From: a virus
Lineage: Duplodnaviria; Caudoviricetes
IMG/VR virus record: IMGVR_UViG_2765235998_000001
Span: 1-64,000 of that record
Length of the DNA: 64,000 bases
Strand: one strand, 5' to 3'
In this document: positions 8,303 to 18,172 of the stretch, one piece after another
Numbering within the stretch: the first letter of the stretch is position 1
How the letters are laid out: each line of letters opens with the position of its first letter
Notes under the pieces: generated by a model
Databases searched by the model: none
The model's input: the letters and a program-made list of their open reading frames with translations, nothing else
Told to the model about the DNA's origin: nothing
Position numbers and translations under genes: made by a program

Positions 8303-9448
8303 ATGAACGAGCACGACGAGGTAGTGGACGCGGAGCTGGTCGACAACCTGCCCGCAATCCCCGAAGACCGCGCGCCCGCCGTCCCCCTGACGGAAGAGGA
8401 CCCGGACGCCTGGCTGTCCCCCGAAGCACAGGAAGACGTCCAGGCAGGCATCCCAGAACAGACCACCAAGGCCTACCAGGGCGACATGGACCGCTTCGCC
8501 GAATGGTGCGCCACGGTCCGCCGTCGGCCCCTGCCCGCCGCCCCCCAGACCGTGACCGAATACCTCTCCTACCTGAAGCGCACCCCGCGGCCGCGCACCG
8601 GCCGCCCGTACGGGCCCAAGACGATGGACCGCATCATCGCCTCCATCCGCTCCTCCCACCGCGCCGCCGGATACCAGCCCCCCGACACCATGGGCGCCCG
8701 CAAAGTCGTCGCCGGCTACCGCGAGCAGCTCGCCCTCGCCAAAGACCCCGCCTCCCAACCCCGCAAGGCCAGCCCCGCCGACCGCACCGTCCTCCGCGCC
8801 GCGCTCGCCGAACTGGACCGCACCACCCTGGCCGGGAAGCGGGACGCCGCCCTCATGCTCCTCGGGCACGCCCTCGCCTCCCGCGGCAGCGAACTCGTCC
8901 CCCTTGACTGGCCGGGCAGCTTCACCGAGCTCCCCGGCGGCGGCTTCCAGGTGCGGGTGTACCGCAAGAAGCGCAAGCTCTGGCAGACCCCCGACGTCCC
9001 CCTGGACCCCGACCCCGAACTCTGCGCCGTCCGCGCCGTCCGTGCCCTGGTTGCCGCCCTCGCCGAGAACGATCACCACACCGGGGCCCTCTTCCTCCGC
9101 ATGGACCGCTGGGGTTACCTCGCACCCCCCATGCACCGCAAGGGGAAGCCCATCGGCGACCCCGACGGCCGCATGACCATCGAAGCCGCCTCCGACATCG
9201 TCCAGCGCTCCATCGAACGCACCGGCCTCCCCGGACGGTGGCGCTCCCACTCCTCCCGCCGCGGCTTCGTCAAGTCCGCCCGGGCCGCGGGCGTCGACAT
9301 CGTGCAGATCGGTCGGCACGGCGGCTGGGACGACAAGTCGAAGGCCCTCATCGGCTACGTCGACGAGGAGGATGCCGCGGGCGAGAACAACCCCCTGGCG
9401 CAGATCGGGCGCAAGGCCACCGAAGAGCCTGAAGGGACCGACCTGTGA
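8303..9448 (+). CDS. Tyrosine recombinase, Cre/Xer-like, with SAM-like N-terminal domain
   Basis: T..AY..D..F..W; RDAAL..LG....R.SEL; HSSRRG; GGW and C-terminal Tyr (IGYV). Confidence 0.88.
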   Translation: MNEHDEVVDAELVDNLPAIPEDRAPAVPLTEEDPDAWLSPEAQEDVQAGIPEQTTKAYQGDMDRFAEWCATVRRRPLPAAPQTVTEYLSYLKRTPRPRTGRPYGPKTMDRIIASIRSSHRAAGYQPPDTMGARKVVAGYREQLALAKDPASQPRKASPADRTVLRAALAELDRTTLAGKRDAALMLLGHALASRGSELVPLDWPGSFTELPGGGFQVRVYRKKRKLWQTPDVPLDPDPELCAVRAVRALVAALAENDHHTGALFLRMDRWGYLAPPMHRKGKPIGDPDGRMTIEAASDIVQRSIERTGLPGRWRSHSSRRGFVKSARAAGVDIVQIGRHGGWDDKSKALIGYVDEEDAAGENNPLAQIGRKATEEPEGTDL

Positions 9449-10068
9449 CCATCAGCCACGAACGCGGCGCCCACGCCGTCCTGGATCGCATCCTCACACT
9501 GGAACCCACGGCGGCCGCGCTCGTCCGCACACGCAACCGCCTCGCCAGCGGCACCCACTTCACGCCCGGGTTCGTAGCTGCGGTCGGGCAGATACACCGC
9601 CTGAAGCCCGGGCGCTGGCCCGTGCACCAGGTCGCCGCCTTCCTCGACATCCATGCTGAAGTCGGAGCGGGCCGGTACGCCATGGTGCAGATTGAAGTCG
9701 GCGCGGTGCCGCGCCCGGACGCCGCACGGGCCGCCAACGCCGCAGCCCTGGCTGACCTACCAGACCCCTTCACTACACAACTGGATAGCAACCAGAACGC
9801 AGCCGACGAGGACGGCACGGTGGCGTGGACTGAGGACATCGTCGTCACGCGCTCCACGGGCGTGCCCTACACGGCAGGGTGCGCGGCGCCGGAGTCTCTG
9901 ACCATCCCCACCGTCCTGCGGGCCTTCTGCGTCCCGCTGGAGGTCGGAACCACCATGCCCAGCCGCACTCTGCTGCACCTGGAAGAGGACGGCGGAGTGG
10001 CCCGATGGGCGTACGACAGCACGGACCTCTACATCCTGCTGAACCTGCGACACCCGTTGGTGGCCTGA
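9445..10068 (+). CDS. Hypothetical protein coupled to the recombinase
   Basis: GTGA overlap, 207 aa. Confidence 0.65.
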   Translation: MTISHERGAHAVLDRILTLEPTAAALVRTRNRLASGTHFTPGFVAAVGQIHRLKPGRWPVHQVAAFLDIHAEVGAGRYAMVQIEVGAVPRPDAARAANAAALADLPDPFTTQLDSNQNAADEDGTVAWTEDIVVTRSTGVPYTAGCAAPESLTIPTVLRAFCVPLEVGTTMPSRTLLHLEEDGGVARWAYDSTDLYILLNLRHPLVA

Positions 10069-10148
10069 CGTAGCCGAGGCCGCCTGGACAACAGCCCCGG
10101 CTACCGCATTGCCGCCCGCATCGCCGAACGCCTGCCCAGCAACGACGA

Positions 10149-11009
10149 CTAGCCGGCTTGAGTCGTGTTCCAGGTGCCGGTGTGGGCAAGGGCGTCGGCG
10201 GTCACCGGTGGTTCGCGGCCGGCGAGGACGGATGTGGCGGCAATGGACTGGACGATCTTGTTGGGGTAGTCGGAGGTCAGGCCCTGTCCGCCTTCGCCGA
10301 TGATGAGGGCGTGGACGCCATCGGCGGGCTTGCGACGCTTCGGCAGATACGCGCGCACCGCCGCGGAGGCCAACAGGCCCAGCACGTACGGCTTGCCGAC
10401 GTTCTCGTGGTCGTCGGGGGCGCGTACCTCGTAGTAGGGGATGCCGGTGCCTGAGGTCATCTCGTACAGGTGGCGGATGTCCAGGAGGACGATGCGGCCC
10501 GGGCGGATCCCCTCGAGGAGGAGGTGGGCGATGAGGCGGTCGCGGTGGTGGTTGCGGGAGTTGTCCGGCCCCCAGGATCCGATCGCGGTCAGGAACGCGT
10601 CCCGCTCCTCGGGCAGGAGGCGTTGGGGGGCTTGTCCGTCGCGGTCGAGGCCGGAGCGCAGTTCGGTCAGGTCGGGGGGGATGCGGATGCAGCCTTGGTC
10701 GCGGGCGGCTTCGTAGTAGCCGGTGAGGGAGCTGATGCGGCGGTCGTGTGACTTGGCGACGGCCGGGTGGTGCTCGGCGATCCAGGCGAGGTCAGCGGGG
10801 TCGTTGAAGGGCCGGCTGCCCAGGACCTCTTTGAGGTAGCGGTCGTAGGCCCAGCGGGCGACGTGCTCGATACCGAAGGCGTAGGGGTCGACTCGGTTGC
10901 CGGCGCACCAGTCGAGCCAGGAGGTGACGTCGCGGCGGTAGGCGAGCTGGGTGGAGGGCCGCAGGACGCTGGTGGCGATCCAGTCCTCGAGGAGCAGGCG
11001 GGGGTCCAT
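10149..11009 (-). CDS. Degenerate tyrosine-recombinase-like protein (catalytic HxxR and Tyr absent)
   Basis: ST..AYRRD...W SAM domain and RDRLI..LLL.G.R box I, but box II reads TADALAHT and the protein ends shortly after. Confidence 0.75.
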   Translation of the reverse strand: MDPRLLLEDWIATSVLRPSTQLAYRRDVTSWLDWCAGNRVDPYAFGIEHVARWAYDRYLKEVLGSRPFNDPADLAWIAEHHPAVAKSHDRRISSLTGYYEAARDQGCIRIPPDLTELRSGLDRDGQAPQRLLPEERDAFLTAIGSWGPDNSRNHHRDRLIAHLLLEGIRPGRIVLLDIRHLYEMTSGTGIPYYEVRAPDDHENVGKPYVLGLLASAAVRAYLPKRRKPADGVHALIIGEGGQGLTSDYPNKIVQSIAATSVLAGREPPVTADALAHTGTWNTTQAG

Positions 11010-11046
11010 GGGCGTTAAGTATCCCGGTCCCACACGATGGATCAAG

Positions 11047-11168
11047 TTTCTGCGTAACCTCAGGGACCTCCACCCACTAGGGGAGGTCGCGTGCGCCGTG
11101 CCGTGCACCGTCCCGAGTCGGGCACCATGGCGGGCTGGTGGTGGGGGCTCCCTGAGGTTTCACGGAAA
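11047..11168. repeat. 20-bp inverted repeat pair (17/20 identical)
   Basis: TTTCTGCGTAACCTCAGGGA (11047-11066) and TCCCTGAGGTTTCACGGAAA (11149-11168). Confidence 0.65.
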
Positions 11169-11520
11169 GATCAGGAAGGTGGATGGAACGGGTGCCATGC
11201 GGGGCCTTCTTCAGCCTGTGCGCTCACGCTATGCCGAGAACGCGGGTTTGTCTGAGGTGCCTTCCCCCGTGCCGCCGTCCGGTCAAGGCTGGCCGGTGCC
11301 GGGGGCGAGGAACAGGTCACCGGCCGCGCTGCGGCAGAACGCCTCCCGGTGGTCCGCCTCCCGCACACACGGCGGGTACACGGCCCCGGACAGCGCCTCC
11401 GTACGACCGCACAGACGCTGCTCAGACGGTTCCTGCACCACGATGCTCCTCCTCGCGTTCCCTGCACCGGACGCTATGCCCGATCACACACCCCCGCTTG
11501 GGTCCCTTCCCCCTGCCAGG

Positions 11521-11838
11521 TCAGCGGTGAGCGAGCAGGTACGGATAGCGCGAGTTCACACCGCGCCGATCCACCTGCGTCCACCCCGCCTCCGCCAAGG
11601 TCCGCGCATAGGCGTTCACCATCCGATGCCGCGCCTGCGCCAGCTCGTCGTCACTGGGCCGCTCAGGGTCGGTGAGGTCGGGCTGCGGAGTGGTGTGCGT
11701 GACGCGTGCCGTACCGCCGAGGCCCGCGGTGACCGAGAAGCCGGCGACGATCGGGCTGCCGTAGTCGTTGCGGATCACCGGACGCTGATGCGGGGTCAGG
11801 GCACGCACCGCCGCTTCAACGATGCTGCTGGTCGTCAT
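11521..11838 (-). CDS. Hypothetical protein
   Basis: 105 aa, RBS AGGAGG. Confidence 0.6.
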   Translation of the reverse strand: MTTSSIVEAAVRALTPHQRPVIRNDYGSPIVAGFSVTAGLGGTARVTHTTPQPDLTDPERPSDDELAQARHRMVNAYARTLAEAGWTQVDRRGVNSRYPYLLAHR

Positions 11839-11988
11839 CTCTTGGGGTCCTCCTGAGCTGGGATTCTGAACGGGTCTTGATCGGTGAAGAGGTCCGGGCT
11901 TAGACTGGCGTCCTTCTATTCGGGCATGTGCCCGGGGGGATCGGCCGTCAACTCCTGTTCGGAGTGGCGGCTTTCGTCGTTCCTGGGG

Positions 11989-12327
11989 TCAGGCGGCGAG
12001 GGCGAGGCGGGCGGCGGCGTCCTTGTAGGCCGCCTTGCGGGGACGGTAGACCACGGCGGCGCGGGCGACTTCCAGGGCGGTGTAGCGGCGGCTGTCGCGC
12101 ATGCGGCCGGCGGCGTGGGTGCGGGCAGGGGTTCCGGTGATGCCGAGCTTGGTGGCGGCTTTACGGAGGCTGCTGGCGACGGTGCGGGCTTCCTTGGGGG
12201 TGAGGCCGGCGGCGATGCAGTGGGTGGTGAGGGAGCCGTTGCCGCGGCGGTTGATGCGGGAGGCGGCGCGCTGGGTGCGGGTGCGGGTGCGGAGCGTGTG
12301 GCGGGCCTCGCGGCTGCTGGCGTTCAT
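11989..12327 (-). CDS. Small basic hypothetical protein
   Basis: ATG with AAGGGGG RBS; Arg/Ala-rich; C-terminal part of ORF 11989..13530. Confidence 0.7.
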   Translation of the reverse strand: MNASSREARHTLRTRTRTQRAASRINRRGNGSLTTHCIAAGLTPKEARTVASSLRKAATKLGITGTPARTHAAGRMRDSRRYTALEVARAAVVYRPRKAAYKDAAARLALAA

Positions 12328-12364
12328 CGTGGTGTCCCCCTTGTTGCCCTGCGGTGATAGGTCA

Positions 12365-12393
12365 AACGTAGTCCATACGACATGGACAAGCAA
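12365..12393 (-). promoter_or_regulatory. Promoter/operator copy 1 (TTGCTT-N17-TACGTT with CCATG-N3-TATGG in the spacer)
   Basis: Same architecture as copies at 26006, 30757 and 45228. Confidence 0.7.
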
Positions 12394-12434
12394 GGGGTTT
12401 GTGCGTACAGTCGTCACCAGGGCCGCAACCGCAG

Positions 12435-12450
12435 CCCATACGCCATGGCA
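12435..12450. promoter_or_regulatory. Additional operator CCCATACGCCATGGCA upstream of the RHH regulator
   Basis: Reverse complement TGCCATGGCGTATGGG matches the operator consensus. Confidence 0.6.
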
Positions 12451-12543
12451 CCTACACGAGATATGGAGGATGATGCCGTGCAAGATGCCCCCACGCGCCT
12501 GCCGGACCATTCCGATCGGCGCGCACTGCCGAGAGGACCCCAC

Positions 12544-13476
12544 GTGGCCCGCAAGTCCGAGGTTGACCGCTACCGCCAGCACCTGACGATGGGAGCGGAG
12601 GCGTTGCAGGCGACTCTTCCGGAGGTTGCCGCCACGCTGGAGGCTTTGGCCAGGCCGTTCGGGCATCGGATGCTGACCGTGGACCGGGAGGCTTCCCGGG
12701 TGCCGGCCAACTTCACGAACGTGTCGATCTCGGTTCCCGTGCATCTGCGTACGGCGATCCAGGATGCTGCCGTGCGTCGGGCGGAGCCGGATGAGAAGAA
12801 GCGCGCGGCGGTGAAGGTGCAGCCGCTGCTTGCGGAGGCTGCGTCGGTACGGCTTCGGCAGCTGCTGGACGGCGAGGTGGAAGCGGAGGAGATTCCGCGG
12901 GATCCGCGCGGTTCGGCGGTGGAGAAGGTCAACCTGAACGTGCCGGTGGACTCCGCGGTCCTGGCCGAGGTGCGGGAGAAGCTGCCGGAGTTGGGTGAGC
13001 GTCTGGGGTTCCGGGCGAATGCCACGGTGGCGAAGCTCGCCCTTCGGCTGTTGCTGGACGAGTACGGGCTGGACTACGAGCCGGTCCCGAACGAGTTCGA
13101 GGGCAGGACCCTGCTGAACCTGCTGGTTCCCCCGCGGCTGGCTGACGCGATCCGTAAGCATCCGGCGGTGGTGGACACGGGCCTGCGGGAGATCGTGGCG
13201 GAGGGCTTCGAGAAGGTCCTGGCCGGGGCGTGGACGCCGTATGTGATCCCGAAGGCGCCGCAGGGCTCGGAGTATGAGCGGGCCACGCTGAGCGTGTACG
13301 TGGACAGTGATCTGGTGGCCCGGGTGCGGGAGAAGGCTCTCGCGTTGAAGCGGGAGCTGAAGTACCGGGTGACGGCGCAGACCATCGCGATCGACTACCT
13401 GATCAGCGAGCTGAGTCTGGAAGAGCTGGCGGATGCCGAGTACGGCGCTGCTGGTGGAAGTTCTACTGACGATTGA
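12544..13476 (+). CDS. Putative repressor with four RHH-like units
   Basis: Four beta-strand/helix starts (NVSISVP.HLR, KVNLNVPVDS, LLNLLVP.RL, TLSVYVDSDL); GTG start with GAGAGGA RBS (start uncertain). Confidence 0.65.
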   Translation: MARKSEVDRYRQHLTMGAEALQATLPEVAATLEALARPFGHRMLTVDREASRVPANFTNVSISVPVHLRTAIQDAAVRRAEPDEKKRAAVKVQPLLAEAASVRLRQLLDGEVEAEEIPRDPRGSAVEKVNLNVPVDSAVLAEVREKLPELGERLGFRANATVAKLALRLLLDEYGLDYEPVPNEFEGRTLLNLLVPPRLADAIRKHPAVVDTGLREIVAEGFEKVLAGAWTPYVIPKAPQGSEYERATLSVYVDSDLVARVREKALALKRELKYRVTAQTIAIDYLISELSLEELADAEYGAAGGSSTDD

Positions 13477-13546
13477 CCGGGGCGGGATGCCGGCCCCGGT
13501 TTGGGGCCGCCCCGCAGCCCGTGTGACCACCTAGGAGATACCCCTC

Positions 13547-14515
13547 ATGGCGAATTCGCCTGAGGCCCCCGCTGGCAGCATGGCGGAGGGCCCGACCTCG
13601 CACACCCAAAACCAGGGCATCGGCCGCCGTATCGGCGCTCTCTCCGACCTTCAGATCGCCCAGCTGCTGCGCCCCGTGGACCCGGACCGCGTCGGTTCGG
13701 ACGGCAAGGGCTTCGCGCATATGGAGGCCTGGGACATCCGTCGTTACCTGATCCGTATCTTCGGGTTCGGCGGGCACGACACGGACTTGCTGGAGTCCTC
13801 GCTGATCGCTGAGACCAGCATTCCGAACCACCAGAAGATCGGGAAGAACGGGCAGCCGTACGGGAATCCGTATGAGGCGTGGACCGTCATCTACCGGGTC
13901 GCCGTCCGTCTGTCGGTCAAGGTCGACGGCGTTGAGCTGGGGCACTGGCACGGCATCGCCACTGGGGATGCCACGAACCAGCCGTCCCGGGCGGACGCGC
14001 ACGACCTGGCGCTGAAGACGGCCGACTCGCAGGCCTTGAAGCGGGCGGCGACGAACCTGGGTGACCAGTTCGGTCTGTCGCTGTACAACAAGGGCCGTCT
14101 GGCTCCGGTGGTTCAGGCGGCGTTGCCGTACTGGAAGGCGCCGAAGGAGGCGGAGTTCAAGGACGAGAAGGTGGAGGCGGAGCCGGATGTGGCTGCTGCC
14201 CGCCAGGAGGCCGCTGAGGCGGCGCCCGCGGGCCAGGAGCCGGAGGCGCAGACCCAGGCCGCCCCTGCTGCTCCGAAGCCTCCGAGTGAGTACCTGGCCA
14301 AGCTATTGCGGCAGGTGTCCGACTGCTGGAAGAGCAACAACGTCCTGATCTTCAACCAGATCAGGGAGGACGGCGACAGGCACGGCGCCCTGGACGAGGA
14401 GTTCACGGACAAGCGCGGCGCGGTGACGACGTTGCGGAAGATCCTGGACGACCGTATCGCCGAGATCCAGCAGCAGGCCGCTCAGGGCGACGCCACGGAA
14501 GGGCAGGCCGCCTGA
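13547..14515 (+). CDS. Rad52/Rad22-family single-strand annealing protein (Sak-like)
   Basis: F.HMEAW.I...L.RIFGFGG and ALK.A.S.ALKRAA..LG.QFGLSLY. Confidence 0.88.
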   Translation: MANSPEAPAGSMAEGPTSHTQNQGIGRRIGALSDLQIAQLLRPVDPDRVGSDGKGFAHMEAWDIRRYLIRIFGFGGHDTDLLESSLIAETSIPNHQKIGKNGQPYGNPYEAWTVIYRVAVRLSVKVDGVELGHWHGIATGDATNQPSRADAHDLALKTADSQALKRAATNLGDQFGLSLYNKGRLAPVVQAALPYWKAPKEAEFKDEKVEAEPDVAAARQEAAEAAPAGQEPEAQTQAAPAAPKPPSEYLAKLLRQVSDCWKSNNVLIFNQIREDGDRHGALDEEFTDKRGAVTTLRKILDDRIAEIQQQAAQGDATEGQAA

Positions 14516-14817
14516 TGGCCGGCTCGGTACAACGCAACGTCCCGGCAGAGCCGCCGGTGCGACTGCGAGAAGGCCTGGACGTGTCCTTCGAGGACGTGCC
14601 GTATCCGGTGGTGCCCGCCTTCACCAGCCGGCCCATCGTCCACCTCGCAGTGGAGTGCGAGGGCGTGTGCTGGAACTGGGGCATGAGCGTCCGTGTTCTG
14701 GTCCGTACGCGCTGTGGGAGGACCGCGATGCCGGTGGACCGGCGCTGCATGTCCTGGGTCGCTGAGTGCAAGCGTTGCTTCCCGAGCGATCCGGCCGGCG
14801 CGCAGCCGGAGTCCTGA
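14515..14817 (+). CDS. Cys-rich hypothetical protein
   Basis: TGATG coupling; H...TRCG...CKRC. Confidence 0.55.
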   Translation: MAGSVQRNVPAEPPVRLREGLDVSFEDVPYPVVPAFTSRPIVHLAVECEGVCWNWGMSVRVLVRTRCGRTAMPVDRRCMSWVAECKRCFPSDPAGAQPES

Positions 14818-14910
14818 ACTACGGGCCGCCGTGCGCGGCCCGCCAAGTCCCCTCCCTGGGGCGTCGCATCACCCATCCATCATCCGGCTGTAGCCGATCG
14901 GAGCTTCGTC

Positions 14911-15195
14911 ATGCTCGAACTCGCGTTGATCTTCATCGTCGTCCTGGTCGCCGCCGCTGTGGGCGGGGTGTGGGCGGTGCGTATGGAGCGGAAGTATCCG
15001 ACGTCGTTCACGCGGCGGGTTCCGGAGGGTGAGTTGGCGTGGTGGGCGCAGTTGCCGACGGAGACGCAGGAGGAGATGGACGCTGCGGCTCTGGATGTGG
15101 GTGAGCAGGCGGATCTGGATGCCCGGGCGGATGCGGCGGAGGCTGCGGAGTTCCTTGCTCACCGGGTGCAGACGAACGCCCTGTTCCACCCCTGA
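14911..15195 (+). CDS. Membrane protein
   Basis: N-terminal TM. Confidence 0.6.
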   Translation: MLELALIFIVVLVAAAVGGVWAVRMERKYPTSFTRRVPEGELAWWAQLPTETQEEMDAAALDVGEQADLDARADAAEAAEFLAHRVQTNALFHP

Positions 15196-15231
15196 CCCTG
15201 TCCCGTTCGTCTGGCACACCACCGATGGGAG

Positions 15232-15510
15232 GTGAGCGAAGTGCCAGAACCGCCTGTTGTTGTTGCTGCGCTCGCCGCCCTGGCTGTGGGGATAGCGGGT
15301 GTGGCGGTGTATCGGCTGCACCGGTTGCGGCGCGCTCTGATCGCGGAGCGCGCCGCTTCGCGTATCGCGGGCGCCATGCAGGCCCGGGACTACGACGCGT
15401 TCCGTGCGCGCGTGAATGAGCTCCTGCTGGAGCGGGCCGTCCTGACGGAGGCCGAACGGATTCTCGATGACGAACTCGCTACGTACGACCTGGAAGGGGG
15501 GCAACAGTGA
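15232..15510 (+). CDS. Membrane protein
   Basis: N-terminal TM, RBS GGGAGG. Confidence 0.6.
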   Translation: MSEVPEPPVVVAALAALAVGIAGVAVYRLHRLRRALIAERAASRIAGAMQARDYDAFRARVNELLLERAVLTEAERILDDELATYDLEGGQQ

Positions 15511-16451
15511 GCCCTCGTATGTCGCCGACTGACGTCGCTTACATGGCGTGGACTGAGCATCGTTTCTTCAAGTACAGGGGGTGTGCCCCGGACCCGGACG
15601 AACCGCGCCTGGCCGCGGGCAGCGTGGAGCGGGACGGGAAGACCGTGCGGGTTGCGTTGGATGCGTGGAGTGGTCCGGATGTGGATGGGGGTGAGGAGCA
15701 GCGGGTGCGGTCGGCGCGGGTGGCGGCGGCGAAGGAGGTGTGTGGGGGGTGTCCGGTGTTGGCGGAGTGTGATGCGTACGCGATGGTGGCTCCGGGGTTG
15801 GCGGATGGGATTCGTGCGGGTCGGACGGTGCGGGAGCGTGGCCGGCTGGTCGCCGCGCAGGAGGCCGAGTCGGGCGCCCGGGCGGGCTCGGGGTCGCGGA
15901 AGCGGAAGCCGGTGCCGGCGGACCGGCTGCGCACGCCGCAGAAGCTCGCGGTGCTGCGGGCCTTGGCCGCGTTCACGGACCAATACGACGTGGCCATCGA
16001 GTCGGGCCTGGACGTCAGGAAGGCGAATTGGCAGCGCTCCCACCTGACGACGGATCTCGGGTTGGAGGAGTCTGCGTCCCGCAACGACCTGCTGGCGGCC
16101 GCGGTGAAGGCCGGGCTGGTGGACGGGTCGTTGGTGGTGCCTGATGACGGCTCGGTGCCGGCGATCCCTCCGAAGACGCGGAAGCTGCTCATCGAGGTGG
16201 AGGGTCAGTTCTTGTTGTGGCCGTCGGATCCTGCGGAGGTGAAGCACGTGGAGTCGGTGCGGCGTGCGCCTGGCCGGGTTCGGGTGGCGGTGCCGGTGCG
16301 GTCTGGTCGGTCGGTGTGTTCGGAGGCGTTGCGGGCGAAGTTCCGTCGGGTCCGGGGGCAGGAGGCGTTGGAGGTTGCGGTGACGGTTCCTGCCGGGTGG
16401 GCGGACGTGGCGCTGTTCCCTCAGGCGCCGGTGTTGGGGGTGGCGGCGTGA
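15507..16451 (+). CDS. WhiB-like Fe-S transcription factor with C-terminal HTH-like extension
   Basis: AKEVCGGCPVLAEC..YA......GIRAG.T..ER. Confidence 0.75.
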   Translation: MSPRMSPTDVAYMAWTEHRFFKYRGCAPDPDEPRLAAGSVERDGKTVRVALDAWSGPDVDGGEEQRVRSARVAAAKEVCGGCPVLAECDAYAMVAPGLADGIRAGRTVRERGRLVAAQEAESGARAGSGSRKRKPVPADRLRTPQKLAVLRALAAFTDQYDVAIESGLDVRKANWQRSHLTTDLGLEESASRNDLLAAAVKAGLVDGSLVVPDDGSVPAIPPKTRKLLIEVEGQFLLWPSDPAEVKHVESVRRAPGRVRVAVPVRSGRSVCSEALRAKFRRVRGQEALEVAVTVPAGWADVALFPQAPVLGVAA

Positions 16452-16843
16452 GCACGGAGAGCGTGGAGGGCGTGGACGTGGCCCACGTGGATGCGGTCCT
16501 GGATGCCCGGAACGCGGCGGCGGCGGTGCGTCTGGCGGGGATCATCGCGGACGCTCAGTTGGATACGGCGGGCTCGCCGCGGAAGTTGCCGATGGATCTG
16601 TTCCCGGAGTTTCCGCCGGAGATGGTTCAGGCGGTGTGGGAGCGGGCGCTCGTCGTGGGGGTGCGGGCTGGCCAGTTGATGCAGTCGCCGCGGTTCTATC
16701 GGGACAAGCTGGCGCGGTTGCGGGAGGAGTTGGCGGATGCGGCGTATGCGTCGATGGCCAGGTCGTCGGATGCGGTGTTGTCGGGCCCGGCCGCGTTCCC
16801 GGAGTTGCATGCGATCGATGACGAGGAGGCGCGCGGGCACTGA
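16448..16843 (+). CDS. Hypothetical protein
   Basis: GTGA overlap with the WhiB-like gene. Confidence 0.6.
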   Translation: MSTESVEGVDVAHVDAVLDARNAAAAVRLAGIIADAQLDTAGSPRKLPMDLFPEFPPEMVQAVWERALVVGVRAGQLMQSPRFYRDKLARLREELADAAYASMARSSDAVLSGPAAFPELHAIDDEEARGH

Positions 16844-17204
16844 CGGTGCCTCACCTGTGGTGTGACCAGTAGTACGAACGACACGGATGGGAAGGACCTG
16901 GGACAGTGCGCACGTCAACGGGTAAGCTGAGCGCAGCGTCAGACATCCAGTCAGTTGCGAGGCTGGGCGGAGGACGCGGGCCAACAAAGTTGGAAGCCCC
17001 CGCTGCCACTTCAGTGGCGGTCCCGGTTTGCGAAGCCGGAACGCGAGGGCTGCCGACACCACACCGTTCTCACACGAATGAAGGCGTCGACATGACGAAG
17101 AGTACCCGGGGCGTCCCCCGATCAGACAGTCGAACCCCAGACACCGCCGTGAAGATCACACCGGCGATGCAGACGGGTCCTGTCACCACTACCCCCACAG
17201 TCGC

Positions 17205-17987
17205 GTGACCACCCGGGGCGCAGTGCGCGCCCTACACACCGTCCCGCCCCCGCGCACCAAGGGAAAGGGAGGCGGCGGCAGCGACGGCTACGACGCGACC
17301 GTCGAGCGCATCTACCGGGACCCCCGGATGGGCAGGCCGACCCGCGAGATCGCGCTGTTGCTGGCCTGGCTGATCTGCCGCGACCCGAACAGGTTCAGCG
17401 CGGGCGCCTGGCACCGTGCAGAAGCGATCCTCGGCACCAAGAAGTACGGCCGCCACACCCAGTCCGTGGCGAGCCTCCTCCTGGCGGACGACTTGCCCCG
17501 CTATGAAGTCGACCGGACCACACCGGAATGGCTTGACCAGACCTGCGCCGCTCCGATGATCCGGCGCTCCGGTGTCTGCGGACAGCCCGCCCGGGACAAC
17601 TCCTTCACCGTGGATCTGGTCACCGGATGGCGCACGCCCCTCTGGTTCTGCCGTCGCCACGAAGACTTCGGGCGCGCTGCTGATCGCGCTTTGGAGCAAG
17701 CTCCTGAGCCCATCCCGAACCGGGGCGGTCTGCTGCCCGGGTACTTCCGGCTGAAGGGCGGGCTGGCGAGCTGGGAGCAGAACTACCGGTGGGCGGCCCA
17801 CCAGGCGGACCCCTTCCGGCATGAGGCCTGGCAGCCTCCGTCGCATGGCATGGCCGCCGCCTTGTGGCCTACGCCGGGTCGGGAATCAGAGGCGGCTGAG
17901 GCCGCACCGAAACTTCAACTGGTCGTTCTTCACGGCGAGCCGGTTGATGCACAGACCTCACCCAGTAAGGGAGATCAGGTGACGTAG
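17205..17987 (+). CDS. Hypothetical protein with Cys/His metal-binding motif
   Basis: C.APMIRR...CG....W...WFCRRH. Confidence 0.65.
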   Translation: MTTRGAVRALHTVPPPRTKGKGGGGSDGYDATVERIYRDPRMGRPTREIALLLAWLICRDPNRFSAGAWHRAEAILGTKKYGRHTQSVASLLLADDLPRYEVDRTTPEWLDQTCAAPMIRRSGVCGQPARDNSFTVDLVTGWRTPLWFCRRHEDFGRAADRALEQAPEPIPNRGGLLPGYFRLKGGLASWEQNYRWAAHQADPFRHEAWQPPSHGMAAALWPTPGRESEAAEAAPKLQLVVLHGEPVDAQTSPSKGDQVT

Positions 17988-18010
17988 CGAGTGTGAGCGG
18001 GAGGTCCGTG

Positions 18011-18106
18011 AGCCCCTTGGCGGGGGCTTCATCCTCTACCGCTTGGCCGCTTGGTGTTGGCGCACCGTCTGCGGCCTTCGTGCAACGGCCCGAAGTTGGC
18101 GCTTCG
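18011..18106 (+). promoter_or_regulatory. Three hairpins with UUGGCG loops in the rep leader
   Basis: AGCCCC-TTGGCG-GGGGCT, GGTG-TTGGCG-CACC, CGAAG-TTGGCG-CTTCG. Confidence 0.7.
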
Positions 18107-18172
18107 AGCTAAGGCCCTCGAAAGGGCGTCCATCAGGTTCACCCCGAACCACTTTCACCACCGAGACGGCCT

